A DNA stretch of 64,000 bases from Fimbriimonadales bacterium (GTDB taxonomy: Bacteria > Armatimonadota > Fimbriimonadia > Fimbriimonadales > ATM1): contig JBPCLO010000053.1 in the NCBI GenBank assembly GCA_051003155.1, positions 1 to 64,000 on the forward strand, given 5' to 3'. Position numbers and translations under genes: made by a program. Position 1 is the first letter of the stretch. The number at the start of each line of letters is the position of its first letter. A model generated the notes under the pieces. That model was given only the letters and a program-made list of their open reading frames with translations. It ran no database searches and was not told the DNA's origin. Below are positions 37,266 to 48,153 of this stretch, piece by piece.

Positions 37266-38957
37266 TCAGGCCATCGGAATATTGAGTCCGCTCTTGCGAG
37301 CCGTTTCAAAGGCCAATTCATAGCCCGCATCGGCGTGGCGGAGGACTCCTGTCGCCGGGTCGGAATCGAGCACGCGGCGGAGGCGCTGTGCGGCTTCCGG
37401 CGTGCCGTCGGCCACGATCACCATGCCCGCGTGCTGCGAATAGCCCATCCCCACACCGCCCCCGTGGTGAACTGAGATCCACGACGCCCCATTGACGGCG
37501 TTGATGAGCGCGTTCAGGAACACCCAGTCGCTGATCGCGTCACTGCCGTCCTTCATCGCCTCCGTTTCGCGGTTCGGCGATGCGACGGAGCCTGTATCCA
37601 GGTGGTCCCGTCCTATGACGATGGGCGCTTTGATTCGGCCGCTCGCCACGAGGTCGTTGATGATGAGACCCAGCCGCGTGCGATCGCCCAGCCCCAGCCA
37701 GCATATCCGAGCCGGCAGGCCCTGGAACTTCACTTGCTCGGACGCCATCCGAATCCAGCGGCAGAGCGACTTGTCGTCGGCGAAGCTCTCTATAATGGCC
37801 TCGTCGATCACGCGAATATCGTTGGGATCGCCCGAGAGCGCCGCCCACCTGAACGGCCCCTTCCCTTCGCAGAAAAGCGGTCTGATGTACGCAGGGACGA
37901 ACCCGGGAAAGTCGAAGGCGTTCTCGACTCCGTTGTCCTTTGCGACCTGGCGGATATTGTTGCCGTAGTCGAAAGTCTCTGCGCCCCGCTTCTGAAGTTC
38001 GAGCATAGCCTTCACGTGTTCGCAGATGGACCTGTTCGCTTGCGAGATGTACTTTTCGGGGTCGTTCTTGCGCAAAGCGTCGGCTTCTTCCAAGGAGTAG
38101 CCGGACGAAATATAGCCGTTCAGGACGTCGTGGGCGCTGGTTTGGTCGGTCAGTACATCGGGAACAGTGCCGCGGCGAACGAGTTCGGGCAGCACGTCCG
38201 CGGCGTTCGCGCAAAGACCCACGCTGAGCGGATTCTCTTCATCAATTGCCGCCCGGCACATGGCGAGCGCGTCATCGAGGCTTTCCGCGGTCGCGTCCAA
38301 GTACTTTGTTTGGAGCCGCTTCTCGATCCGAGCAGGATCGACCTCGATGCACAGTGCCACGCCGCCGTTCATCGTCACGGCGAGTGGCTGGGCGCCTCCC
38401 ATGCCCCCGAGGCCGGCGGTCACCGTCAGCTTCCCGGCGAGCGAGCCTCCGAACCGCTTCCTAGCAAGCGCCGCGAACGTCTCGTAGGTGCCTTGCAAAA
38501 TGCCCTGCGAGCCGATGTATATCCACGAGCCGGCAGTCATCTGGCCGTACATGATCAGGCCCTTCTTGTCGAGCTCGCGGAATACCTCCCACGTAGCCCA
38601 GTTTGGTACAAGGTTCGAGTTCGCGATCAGCACTCGAGGCGCGTCACCGTGGCTCCCGAGCACGCCCACCGGCTTGCCGCTTTGAACGAGCAGTGTCTCA
38701 TCACCATCTAGAACAAGTAGTGCCCGGACGATCGCCTTGAGCGAGTACCAGTTGCGCGCCGCCTTCCCGATTCCCCCGTAAACGACCAAGTCGAGCGGCC
38801 TCTCGGCGACTTCGGGATCGAGGTTGTTGAGGAGCATCCTCAGCGCAGCCTCCTGAACCCACCCCTTGCAGTTCAGCTCCGTCCCACGGGGCGCGGACAC
38901 GAGAATCGGCTCCTTCGCATCGAGAATCGCCCCGATCGCCGTCGATAGCACAGGCAT
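37266..38957 (-). CDS. hutU: Urocanate hydratase
   Basis: [48 protein letters not shown]. Confidence 0.97.
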   Translation of the reverse strand: MPVLSTAIGAILDAKEPILVSAPRGTELNCKGWVQEAALRMLLNNLDPEVAERPLDLVVYGGIGKAARNWYSLKAIVRALLVLDGDETLLVQSGKPVGVLGSHGDAPRVLIANSNLVPNWATWEVFRELDKKGLIMYGQMTAGSWIYIGSQGILQGTYETFAALARKRFGGSLAGKLTVTAGLGGMGGAQPLAVTMNGGVALCIEVDPARIEKRLQTKYLDATAESLDDALAMCRAAIDEENPLSVGLCANAADVLPELVRRGTVPDVLTDQTSAHDVLNGYISSGYSLEEADALRKNDPEKYISQANRSICEHVKAMLELQKRGAETFDYGNNIRQVAKDNGVENAFDFPGFVPAYIRPLFCEGKGPFRWAALSGDPNDIRVIDEAIIESFADDKSLCRWIRMASEQVKFQGLPARICWLGLGDRTRLGLIINDLVASGRIKAPIVIGRDHLDTGSVASPNRETEAMKDGSDAISDWVFLNALINAVNGASWISVHHGGGVGMGYSQHAGMVIVADGTPEAAQRLRRVLDSDPATGVLRHADAGYELAFETARKSGLNIPMA

Positions 38958-39132
38958 GCCCGATTATGGCAGTCGGGAGGAAGGAATCACGGGACTTGTA
39001 GCATGGCGGGTGGCACCCGCCGCGATTAATCGTCGGCGGCCTGAGCTTTCCTCCCCGCCTTCGCCCCTCGGCCCGATCGTCGAGCACCTGCAGATGAAGA
39101 GCCCTCCGGATTCCCCTAGCTTGAGGGACGGG

Positions 39133-39318
39133 CTAGGGCGTGGGTGGACGTTTGCGAACGGCTTCGTTGATCCCAAGTGCGAATCCGCAGATGGCAATAA
39201 CTATGGCGAACCAGCCGAATATGGGTAGGCCTTCGAGAACCAGAATGATGCCCGCGCGCGCAACCAAAGCAAAGCCGAGCATCGAGAAAGCTATCGATAA
39301 CCAGCGGCTCTTCGGCAA
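39133..39318 (-). CDS. Small two-TM hypothetical protein
   Basis: GGAGG RBS upstream of TTG; two hydrophobic segments. Confidence 0.45.
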   Translation of the reverse strand: MPKSRWLSIAFSMLGFALVARAGIILVLEGLPIFGWFAIVIAICGFALGINEAVRKRPPTP

Positions 39319-39580
39319 ACGACATCCACCTCCCTCCCCCTCCTTCGGAGAGACTCAGGCGCCGCGGACCCAGAGCGTCTTCCCGATGTCCGCCTCGTCG
39401 AAGGTCGCGTTGTTCGGCGTATTCGTGTCGTCCGCGAGGAAGCCAATATCGTCAACCGGCGGCGCGCCCGCGCCTACCGCGAGGATCGAAAAGATCAAGC
39501 GGCAAGACCGCGCGCCGGGGGCTTTGCCACTGCGTCCAGGCGATGGGTTGCCCAGGTCCCAGCGGTACAATCCAAGAAAG

Positions 39581-40282
39581 ATGACACGAGGACGACCTCA
39601 GAGAACGTACCTTCTGATAGTTATAGTCGCGGGTCTTTCCGTGGGAGGATGTCAGCACCGCTCCGGCCAGCCCTCTCGATCCCGCTTGACATCCGGAGAA
39701 GCTGCTTCCGGTCACTCCGACCCTCTCGGCCAAGTCCCCAATCTCGCGATAGCCTCGCAAGTCGAAGCGTCCAACTACGTGCATCCCGGCTGTGGGACGT
39801 GCACGGGAGATCAAGCCTCTGCTGCACGCTTGTCGTTGGAGGAGGCGGTATCGGCACGGCCGGACTTGGCGCGCCTGCTCATGAAGGACCGGGACCCTGA
39901 TGTGCGACGCGCCGCTGTCCTTTACGCCGGCACTGCTAAGCAGGCGTTACTGCGTGGCGATTTGGAGCGCGCGGTAGAGAGAGACGAAGATAGGCACGTG
40001 CGCACGTATGCCATAGCCGCCATTGAACAGATTGGCGCTGCGCCTTCGATCAGGGCAGTAACGCGTGCGCTCCGCGATAAATCGGCCGAGGTGAGAGCGA
40101 TGGCCGGTCAAACCCTCGTCGACATTGGGCATCCGGTGTCGTTCAAGTTCTTAGATGCGCTCGACCGCCGCCAGGCTCCGTATCTCGATGAGGTGGACCG
40201 GTACCACGCGGAGCTGCACGCTCGCACGGCGCTGATCACGCTTATCGACCGAGCGCAAAGGCCGCGGAAGACCCCGCGGTAG
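39581..40282 (+). CDS. HEAT repeat lipoprotein
   Basis: Lipobox VGGC; D.DPDVRRAA, DEDRHVR, DKSAEVRAMA; start moved to ATG 39581. Confidence 0.7.
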   Translation: MTRGRPQRTYLLIVIVAGLSVGGCQHRSGQPSRSRLTSGEAASGHSDPLGQVPNLAIASQVEASNYVHPGCGTCTGDQASAARLSLEEAVSARPDLARLLMKDRDPDVRRAAVLYAGTAKQALLRGDLERAVERDEDRHVRTYAIAAIEQIGAAPSIRAVTRALRDKSAEVRAMAGQTLVDIGHPVSFKFLDALDRRQAPYLDEVDRYHAELHARTALITLIDRAQRPRKTPR

Positions 40283-40506
40283 AACCCCTCAATGATTGAA
40301 GCGTGTGCCTCGATGGTGCGCCGAGACCCCAACCCGGTAGTCAACTCACTCAACCCTGGAGGCATGCCACGAGGTATTCACCTCCGCCACCGGCTCTCCC
40401 ACTGATGGCCCCACCGCCTTACGTCCTTTTTGTGATGGCGTGTTTGTGATGGCGTGGTATCAAAAACTCGTATACACTCATCGCCATGAGAAGACAGGCA
40501 AAATGC

Positions 40507-40945
40507 GGCGGGCTGGGTGGACTTGATCTCTCCATGGTCAACGAACGTGGGTGGCAAGGACACGCGACTCCTGATCCCGGGCGGGCCAACCTAGCGACCA
40601 GCGCGTCCGTGAACGACATCCTTTCGCCGGCGCACAAGTAAGATTGCCTCGTAGTAGATAATGGACGCGCACCGCGTACGCCGAGCCCGGGCACAAGCAA
40701 GAATTGGCATTCTCGTGGTACCGCGCTGGCTATGCGAGAAGGTTGTCGATTGGAATGGTCGAGTGCGAGGTGGTACGCTGACTTCGAAGCGAGCTTCGAG
40801 GTGGATCGATGCGATGTGGGCCTGCACCCGAAGGTATTCGTTCGCGGACACACTGATAGAACAGCTCTGCCCACGACAACGAGAGGTCGCGTGTCCGTGC
40901 CACCCACCTTGGTCAAGATTGGGAATCAGGGCCACCCAGCCCGCC
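40507..40945 (+). mobile_element. Decayed REP-associated tyrosine transposase (RAYT-like) remnant between long inverted repeats
   Basis: LCEKVVDW / WSSARWY C-terminal RAYT-like motif split by a frameshift; IR 40547-40568 vs 40886-40907 (21/22). Confidence 0.55.
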
Positions 40946-41163
40946 ACCGCCGCCCCTCTTCTTTCTACTTTCTAGCGCTCTCGAATCGCTTCTTGTCGCG
41001 CTCGAGCTCTTCCTCGCTCCGCTTCTTGTCGTACTCCCGGTGGAGTCAGGGCCACCCGGCCGGCCCGCGGACTCCCAATCGCGGCTATGTGGATGGACCG
41101 GGGGGAGGTTGGATGGGGGCAGATCAAAGTCAACTCCGGTCCTTCGGTTGCTATAATCACCAA

Positions 41164-41751
41164 ATGCCGTCCACTTCTTCGCAAATGCTTCCGCTGGGCA
41201 CGCCCGCCCCTGACTTTAGCCTTCCCGATTTAGATGGGAAGATGGTGAGCCCCGGGGACTTCAAGGATGCCCGCGCGCTCCTCGTGATGTTCGTTTGCAA
41301 TCACTGCCCGTTCGTGGTGCATGTCAAGGACGAACTTACGCGGCTGTACGACGACTACGCGCCGCTCGTAGTCGGCATTGTAGCGATCAACCCCAACGAT
41401 GCTGACGAGTATCCGGAAGACTCGCCGGACGCCATGCGGCAGCGGGCCGAGGACTGGGGCTGGACGTTTGCTTACCTCTACGACGAGCAGCAAGCCGCCG
41501 CAAAGGCCTTCCGAGCCGCTTGCACACCCGACTTTTTCCTCTTCGACTCGGACCGGAAGCTTGCGTATAGAGGGCAGCTCGACGGCAGCCGACCCGGCAA
41601 CGGGCAGCCGGTAACCGGGGCCGACCTTAGGCACGCGCTAGAAGCCGTTCTCGAAGGCGAAATGCCGAATGAAGAGCAGGCTCCGAGCATAGGCTGCAGT
41701 ATCAAGTGGAAGCCCGGAAACGCGCCGAATTACGCCATGGGCGACTTCTAA
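41164..41751 (+). CDS. Thioredoxin-fold AhpC/TSA family protein
   Basis: LGTPAPDFSL, FVCNHCPFV, AACTPDFF, SIGCSIKWK. Confidence 0.9.
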   Translation: MPSTSSQMLPLGTPAPDFSLPDLDGKMVSPGDFKDARALLVMFVCNHCPFVVHVKDELTRLYDDYAPLVVGIVAINPNDADEYPEDSPDAMRQRAEDWGWTFAYLYDEQQAAAKAFRAACTPDFFLFDSDRKLAYRGQLDGSRPGNGQPVTGADLRHALEAVLEGEMPNEEQAPSIGCSIKWKPGNAPNYAMGDF

Positions 41752-42822
41752 GTGCCGCGAACCCTGATCGCGATCGACGCGACGCTCGTTCTCGGGGAAA
41801 ACACCGGAGACTCGACGTACTGGACCGGGTTGCTCTCAGGGCTCGCGGACATCGAATCGGAGTTCGACTTTGTGCTGCTTTCCGATCAGGACAAGCCACC
41901 GAATCTAGATCTGCCCGAAGAACGGTTCACCTGGACCATGCTGCCGAAGCGCCGGAGCCGCTGGTTCAGCCGCGTCACGTTGCCCGTGGCAGCAAGAAAG
42001 CTGGGCGCCGGTGCCTTTCATACCCAGTACTCGCTCAGCCCGCTCGCCCGAAACGGGATAACGACGATCCACGACGTGAGCTTCTTCATAGGCCCTGAAT
42101 GGTTCAAGCCGAAGGACCGCTTTCTCCTCCGGAGATCAGTCCCGGCATCTGCGATGCGCGCGGTGAAGGTGATCACCGTAAGCGAAACCAGCAAGCGCGA
42201 CATAGTGAGCTACTTGAGGGTTCCTCCGGGCAAGGTGGCAGTTACATACAACGCCGCTCAACCGTACTTCCGGCCGACCGAGCCAGGGCCGGTGCTGAAA
42301 TCGCTCGGTATCGATAGCCCCTACCTGTTGACAATCGGGGCACGCTGGCCACGAAAGAACATAGCCCTTGCGATCCAAGCCGCGGCATTGCTTCCCGAAC
42401 GACTCTCCCATAAACTGATCGTGACTGGCAAAGAGGGTTGGGGCGACGAAGGCGAAAGCCCGCGCGTCGTCTCGACCGGTTACTTGGCGAACGAACAGCT
42501 GCCCGCCCTGTATTCGGGAGCATCTATCTATCTTTTACCCAGCCACTACGAGGGCTTCGGATTACCGATGCTGGAGGCATTCGCCTGCGGCACCCCCGTG
42601 CTCTCGTCGAGCGGCGGCGCGCTGCCCGAGGTGTCAGCCGGCGCTGCCGAAATCATGAACGAGGCGACTCCCGGCGCTTGGGCCGCGAAGATACAGGAAC
42701 TGCTCGCCGATTCGAGTAAGCTTGCCGAAATGAGGGACCGGGGCTTTGCCCGGGCCGCGCAGTTTTCTTGGCAGGAGACCGCGCGCCGCACCCTCGACGT
42801 ATACCGCGAGGTTTGCCAATGA
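41752..42822 (+). CDS. Glycosyltransferase family 4
   Basis: TIHDVSF, PSHYEGFGLPMLEAFACGTPV, FSWQETAR. Confidence 0.9.
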   Translation: MPRTLIAIDATLVLGENTGDSTYWTGLLSGLADIESEFDFVLLSDQDKPPNLDLPEERFTWTMLPKRRSRWFSRVTLPVAARKLGAGAFHTQYSLSPLARNGITTIHDVSFFIGPEWFKPKDRFLLRRSVPASAMRAVKVITVSETSKRDIVSYLRVPPGKVAVTYNAAQPYFRPTEPGPVLKSLGIDSPYLLTIGARWPRKNIALAIQAAALLPERLSHKLIVTGKEGWGDEGESPRVVSTGYLANEQLPALYSGASIYLLPSHYEGFGLPMLEAFACGTPVLSSSGGALPEVSAGAAEIMNEATPGAWAAKIQELLADSSKLAEMRDRGFARAAQFSWQETARRTLDVYREVCQ

Positions 42823-43007
42823 TCGACGATTTTCTTCTTGAAGTGCTTGCTTGTCCTCGATGCGAAAGCCGCCCGCCGGTAAAGCTGCGGGGCAGTTTGC
42901 TCGTGTGCACAGAGTGCGGATATGGCTACCGCATCATCGACGAAATTCCGCAGATGCTTCCCGAGGACGCCATCCCGCCGGAGGAGGTCGAGAAAGAGAA
43001 TGGCTGA
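42819..43007 (+). CDS. Trm112 family protein
   Basis: LLEVLACPRC...CTECGYGYRIIDEIPQML; ATGA overlap with upstream gene. Confidence 0.85.
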   Translation: MIDDFLLEVLACPRCESRPPVKLRGSLLVCTECGYGYRIIDEIPQMLPEDAIPPEEVEKENG

Positions 43008-43452
43008 GCCTAAACGCGTGCTCGTCCTCCACGGGCCTAACCTAAACCTGCTCGGATTTCGCGAGATGAACGTGTACGGCGCGAAGCCGCTGGAGGATAT
43101 CGACGAGGATATCAAGAAGCGCGCCGGCGACATGGGAATCGAGGTCCGGATTCTGCAATCCAACAGCGAAGGCCAACTCATCGACACCATCCACGAGCAC
43201 CGAACCTGGGCGGGCGGCATTATCATCAACCCGGGCGGCCTCAGCCACTATTCGATCTCGCTGAGAGACGCGCTCGCGGCTGTGAGGATGCCCGTTGTGG
43301 AGGTCCACGTGACCAATATCTTCAGCCGGGAGCAATTCAGGCACACGTCCGTGGTTTCTCCCGTATGCATTGGAATTATCAGCGGCTTCGGCGGCTTTGG
43401 CTATCTTTTGGCGCTCGAGGCGGTCGCTGATGTGATGGAGGCGACCGTATGA
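43000..43452 (+). CDS. aroQ: Type II 3-dehydroquinate dehydratase
   Basis: HGPNLNLLG, QSNSEG, INPGG, EVHVTNI. Confidence 0.95.
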   Translation: MAEPKRVLVLHGPNLNLLGFREMNVYGAKPLEDIDEDIKKRAGDMGIEVRILQSNSEGQLIDTIHEHRTWAGGIIINPGGLSHYSISLRDALAAVRMPVVEVHVTNIFSREQFRHTSVVSPVCIGIISGFGGFGYLLALEAVADVMEATV

Positions 43453-44519
43453 GTCGATCAATCAGCAAACTTCGTACTCGAATGTCGGAAGCCGGAATCG
43501 ACGCAATGCTGGTCACGGCCATCGATAATGTCCGCTGGCTCACGGGCTTCTCCGGGAGCTCCGGAGCGGCCCTGGTCACACAGAAAGACGGCGTCTTTAT
43601 CTCCGACAGCCGCTACCGCGAGCAAGCCGGCGAAGAAGTTCAGGGTTTTCCGGTCGAGATTTACCAGAGCCCGAAGTCGCTAGCTGAAACGATGGCCCAC
43701 GCGGCGAAGGGTCTCGGGATTCAGAAGCTGTCCTTCGAAGCCGAGCACGTTTCGGTGGCGACGTTCAACTCATGGAAGGAACGGTTCAACGGCGTCGTTC
43801 TCGAAGCGGCATCCAATATCGCCGATCGCTTGCGTATGGTAAAAACGCCTGACGAGATCGAGAAGATCCGGGCCGCGTGCGGCGTTGCCGATTCATGCTG
43901 GTCCCATGTTCAGCGCATGCTTCAGCCGGGAGTCACCGAGTACGACATCGGTTTGGACATAGAGTTTTTTATCAGGCGCCAGGGAGCGCAGCTCGCCTTC
44001 TCGCCGATCGTCGTCAGCGGGCCGCGAAGCGCCCGGCCGCACGGAGACCCGAGCGAGCGCAAGCTCGAAGACGGCGACTTCGTGACCATGGACTTCGGGG
44101 CAAACGTCGACGGCTACAACAGCGACATTACGCGCACCATAGTCATCGGAGAGCCGACGGAGAGGCACCGCGAGATATGGAACGCCGTTCTCGAAGCGCA
44201 ACTCGCCGCTATCGACGCGATCCGGCCCGGCAAGGGCGCACAAGAAGTCGACGCCCTCAGCCGCGAGGTCTTGGCAAAGTACGACTTGGCCAAGTATTTT
44301 GGCCACGGCCTCGGCCACGGACTCGGACGCCTCGTGCACGACATCGGCGGAATGAATGCCGTGTCGAAAGACTTACTCGAAGAGGGCCAAGTTTGGACCG
44401 TCGAGCCGGGCGTTTACATCGAGGGCTTCGGCGGAGTCCGAATCGAAGACGACATCGTGGTTACTGAAAACGGCTGCGAGGTCCTCACCCATTCACCCAA
44501 GGAAATCAGCCCGGCCTAG
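43449..44519 (+). CDS. Xaa-Pro peptidase (M24 family)
   Basis: DFGA..DGYNSDITRT, HGLGHGLG, TVEPGVYIEGFGGVRIEDD. Confidence 0.92.
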   Translation: MSRSISKLRTRMSEAGIDAMLVTAIDNVRWLTGFSGSSGAALVTQKDGVFISDSRYREQAGEEVQGFPVEIYQSPKSLAETMAHAAKGLGIQKLSFEAEHVSVATFNSWKERFNGVVLEAASNIADRLRMVKTPDEIEKIRAACGVADSCWSHVQRMLQPGVTEYDIGLDIEFFIRRQGAQLAFSPIVVSGPRSARPHGDPSERKLEDGDFVTMDFGANVDGYNSDITRTIVIGEPTERHREIWNAVLEAQLAAIDAIRPGKGAQEVDALSREVLAKYDLAKYFGHGLGHGLGRLVHDIGGMNAVSKDLLEEGQVWTVEPGVYIEGFGGVRIEDDIVVTENGCEVLTHSPKEISPA

Positions 44520-45917
44520 ATGGCGGAGGTGCTCGACGTAGAGGCGCCACGGGTTCCAGAGTCGTCGGCCCGAGTCGTCTGGCACCTCGCATGGCCGATC
44601 ATTGCCCTCAACTCGCTCCAAGTCGTTAACAGCCTCTTGGACGCGAAGTTCGTGTCTGCGCTGGGCCCCGCCTCCCTAAACGCATCGGGAGCTTCTCAAA
44701 GCTTCGTCTTCCTCATCGTGAGCCTCGCGTTCGCCTTGGGGATCGGCGCGACCGCGCTCGTTAGCCGGTTCCATGGCGCTGAGCAGCGCGAGGACCTGCT
44801 CAAAGCAAGCCGCCAATCCGTTTCCCTCAGCCTAGTCATCGGCATCTGCCTCTCCGGAATCGCCGCGGCTCTCATTCCGCAGATATCGGCGCTGTTCGTC
44901 GACCGTGATAGCCCGGCCTACGGCGAGATGCTTCGGTATCTCTACCCGCTTATGGCGGGCATCCCGGCGCTGTACGTGTTCAACGCGCTTGCATCCTGCT
45001 TGCGCGCGGTGGGTGATACGAAGACGCCAATGTACGTTTCGGGCGTGCAAATCCTGATCCACATCGTCCTGAACTACATTCTCATCTTCCCGAGCCGAGA
45101 GCTTCACTTCCTCGGGACGACGATGGCGCTGCCCGGCGCTGATTTAGGAATCGCCGGGGCGGGTTGGGCGTTTTCGATCAGCGCATGGGTTTCGGCCTTT
45201 CTTTACTTTCCGGCGTCCGGCCGCACGGTTCTCGGCTCGACCTGGCGCCTGCAGGTCATCGAGGGCCAGTGGGCCAAGCGTATTCTGAACATCTCTCTGC
45301 CCGCTTCGCTCATGACGATCATCCGCGTAACGTCCTTCGCGGTTTTTTCCATGGCGTTGAAGCACACTGCCGAAGGAGAGGCGGCGCTCGGCGCGATGCG
45401 GGTGGGCATCTCCATGGAGGCTATCGCATTCATGCCTGCCTTCGGCTACATGGTGGCGGCTTCGGCGCTCGTGGGCCAATCCCTTGGCATGAAAAAGCCC
45501 GATCGGGCCGAATCACTCGCCTGGTCCGCGACCAATCAAGCGGTGCTCTTGATATCGGTCATGTCGGTTATCTTTCTGGTTTTCGCGCCACAGTTTTCCG
45601 CGATTTTCGTGGACGACCCGGCTCAGCGAGCGATCGCGATCGACTATCTTAGGATCGTTGCCATCACCGAGCCTCTGTTCGGCTACGCCATGGTACTGAC
45701 CGGTGCTCACCAGGGCGCAGGGGACACCGGAAGTCCAACCTGGGCAAACTTCATCTCGTCGTGGCTCATTCGCGTTCCTGCGGTGTGGTTCTTCGCGGTC
45801 CACATGGGCTTTGGAAGCACGGCGGCTTGGATCGCGATGTCCGTGTCGCAAGCGATCAACGGCCTCATGATGATACGGCTGTTCAAAGCCGGACGCTGGA
45901 AAGATAAGGCCGTATAG
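44520..45917 (+). CDS. MATE family efflux transporter
   Basis: LAWPII, LRAVGDTKTPM, VGQSLG, QGAGDT. Confidence 0.9.
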   Translation: MAEVLDVEAPRVPESSARVVWHLAWPIIALNSLQVVNSLLDAKFVSALGPASLNASGASQSFVFLIVSLAFALGIGATALVSRFHGAEQREDLLKASRQSVSLSLVIGICLSGIAAALIPQISALFVDRDSPAYGEMLRYLYPLMAGIPALYVFNALASCLRAVGDTKTPMYVSGVQILIHIVLNYILIFPSRELHFLGTTMALPGADLGIAGAGWAFSISAWVSAFLYFPASGRTVLGSTWRLQVIEGQWAKRILNISLPASLMTIIRVTSFAVFSMALKHTAEGEAALGAMRVGISMEAIAFMPAFGYMVAASALVGQSLGMKKPDRAESLAWSATNQAVLLISVMSVIFLVFAPQFSAIFVDDPAQRAIAIDYLRIVAITEPLFGYAMVLTGAHQGAGDTGSPTWANFISSWLIRVPAVWFFAVHMGFGSTAAWIAMSVSQAINGLMMIRLFKAGRWKDKAV

Positions 45918-45959
45918 CGCTCAGTCGATCTCCCACACCGCTGAGAATTCCGTGCGTAA

Positions 45960-46982
45960 TCAAACATAGGCGATCGAAAGAGCTGCTGCGTCCGGAAACA
46001 GTTCGCCATGAAGCCGCGCGGCATATCGGTCCGTCATTCCCGACACGTAATCGACCACACCCTGAAGGCCGCTATATCCGTCCGGAAGCGACATTGGACT
46101 GTCCGCGTAATGGTCGAACAGCGCGCGCACCAAACCCTGCGCCTCGACAACATGGGGCAGCCTGCTCGGATAGTCCAGATAGAAGCTCTCGAAAAGGTAC
46201 TCCTTCATGAAGTTGGTCATGTCCAGCATCCTCGTCCCAAACCCGACTATGGGCTTTCCGGCGCTGTTCTCGATCAGGTCGATCACCATTCGACCGATGC
46301 GCGTGCTGTGTGTTTCGCCAATTTCGACAATTTCTGAAGGCAGATCTTCGATTCGGAGCCATCCCGCTCGCAAAGCATCGTCGAGGTCATGATTGAGGTA
46401 GGCAATCCTATCGGCCACCCGAACCACGGCGGCTTCGAGCGAGGGGCAGTTTTCGCCGTCGTATGCAACCAAGTCCAATCGCCCTTTGCTGTGCCCGCCG
46501 ATGCCTTCAAGCGTCTCTTGCGTGAGATTCAGCCTTTCGAGAACGGCCAAGACCCTTAGGCTCTGCTGGTAATGCCGGAATCGTTGCGCCTGGTCCCTTG
46601 CTCTGAGCGCGTCATCCAACGCGGCCTCACCGGCATGGCCGAATGGCGTGTGTCCAACGTCGTGGCCGAGCGAAATTGCTTCGGCCAGGTCCTCGTTCAA
46701 GCTTAGCGCGCGCGCAATCGTCCGCGATATCTGTGAGACCTCCAGTGTATGCGTTAGCCGGGTTCGGTAGTGGTCTCCCGCAGGCGCGATAAAGACTTGT
46801 GTTTTATGCATCAGGCGACGAAACGACTTACTGTGCAGGATGCGGTCGCGATCCCGCTGGAAGCAGGTTCGAACCGGATCCTGCTCCTCGTCGATCTCGC
46901 GGCCGTGGCTGTCCTTTGCGAGCGAGGCGTGGCCGGACAGGCCGCTTCGCTCACGATCCTCAGTCTGCTCTCGTACGTGCAT
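45960..46982 (-). CDS. dgt: dGTP triphosphohydrolase-like HD protein
   Basis: FQRDRDRILHSKSFRRL.HKTQVF, RTRLTHTLEV, HDVGHTPFGHAGE, DYVSGMTDRYA. Confidence 0.9.
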   Translation of the reverse strand: MHVREQTEDRERSGLSGHASLAKDSHGREIDEEQDPVRTCFQRDRDRILHSKSFRRLMHKTQVFIAPAGDHYRTRLTHTLEVSQISRTIARALSLNEDLAEAISLGHDVGHTPFGHAGEAALDDALRARDQAQRFRHYQQSLRVLAVLERLNLTQETLEGIGGHSKGRLDLVAYDGENCPSLEAAVVRVADRIAYLNHDLDDALRAGWLRIEDLPSEIVEIGETHSTRIGRMVIDLIENSAGKPIVGFGTRMLDMTNFMKEYLFESFYLDYPSRLPHVVEAQGLVRALFDHYADSPMSLPDGYSGLQGVVDYVSGMTDRYAARLHGELFPDAAALSIAYV

Positions 46983-48147
46983 CCTCAACCACTTCCGGGA
47001 CAGGAGATTCTATCGCCCCCGCTGCCAGCCGGTAGACTTCCAGAACTTTTTCGCACGCGTCGGAGTGCGTCCAAGACGTGACGGACCTGCGCGCATTTTC
47101 CGATAGACGCCCGAGCAGGGCGGGATTTCCAAGCACGTCCAGTACGGTCTCGGATAGTTGCAAGGCGCTGTTGCCCACCACAAGTCCATTTTCATTGTTT
47201 CTAATGGATTCGCTAGCCCCCCCGCCGCGGACTGCGACGGCCGGCAAGCCATAAGTCATGGCCTCACCGATGACCAACCCTTGTGTTTCCGTGGTACTCG
47301 CGAACATGAAAAGGTCCGCGCCGAGATAGAACTTGTCCACCTCGGCCCGGGGAACGGCCCCAGTGTACTTGACTCGGTCGCCGATCCCAAATTCTCGCGC
47401 GAGGCGTTGAGATTCCTTCCTATAGGCCCCGTCTCCTACGATCCACAAACGCACGTCGTCGCGTCTTTCGAGAATTTCCTTTGCGGCCTCTAGAAGGACG
47501 GCGATATTCTTTTCTTTTGCAACGCGCCCCACATAAAGAAGCACCTTTTCACCGGGGCGGGCGCCGATTTCTTGCCGTGCTTGCTCTTTCGGCATTTTAC
47601 GCCGCTCCGGATTACCCGTCGGTATCACCGTAATCGGCGTCCTGACCGAATGCCTTCGCAGCGAATTTCTCGCAGGCTCGCTCGGCGCGATAACCTGGCT
47701 GCACCGATTGTAATAATAGTTGGTGTGCCTGGCGATTTTATATCGCGTGTACACCTTTGGCACATACGGCACGTAGTGGACGTATCTTTCATAAAGCGTG
47801 TGGTACGTGCTCACGACAGGAATCCCGTGCGATTCTGCCCAACGCAAGCCGACGAAGCCGAGGGTATACGGCGTATGAGTGTGCACAATATCGAACGAAT
47901 GCTTCCGAAAGTGGCGTAGCATCGGATAGAACGGCGGCACGGCGAGCGGATACTCCGGAATAAACGGCAGCTGAACCGATGGAAACCGGTAGATATTCGG
48001 GTCGGCGTCCTTATGCTTGCTGAAGGCGGCAGTAAAAGTATGCACCGAATGCCCCTGAGTTCGCAATTCTTCCACGAGCGCTTCGATGCTCACCGAAACG
48101 CCGTTGACGATTGGACCGTAACTATCCGAAAATATCGCGATTCTCAA
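46960..48147 (-). CDS. Glycosyltransferase family 4 (glycolipid synthase-like)
   Basis: IAIFSDSYGP.VNGVS, YVGRVAKEKN, FASTTETQGLV. Confidence 0.88.
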   Translation of the reverse strand: MRIAIFSDSYGPIVNGVSVSIEALVEELRTQGHSVHTFTAAFSKHKDADPNIYRFPSVQLPFIPEYPLAVPPFYPMLRHFRKHSFDIVHTHTPYTLGFVGLRWAESHGIPVVSTYHTLYERYVHYVPYVPKVYTRYKIARHTNYYYNRCSQVIAPSEPARNSLRRHSVRTPITVIPTGNPERRKMPKEQARQEIGARPGEKVLLYVGRVAKEKNIAVLLEAAKEILERRDDVRLWIVGDGAYRKESQRLAREFGIGDRVKYTGAVPRAEVDKFYLGADLFMFASTTETQGLVIGEAMTYGLPAVAVRGGGASESIRNNENGLVVGNSALQLSETVLDVLGNPALLGRLSENARRSVTSWTHSDACEKVLEVYRLAAGAIESPVPEVVEDARTRAD

Positions 48148-48153
48148 TTAGTT

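Noticed and set aside
1191..38957. A hut operon linking the formylglutamate amidohydrolase and hutU
   Set aside because: The genes are 35 kb apart, one lies in the island, and no hutH or hutI is in the window.
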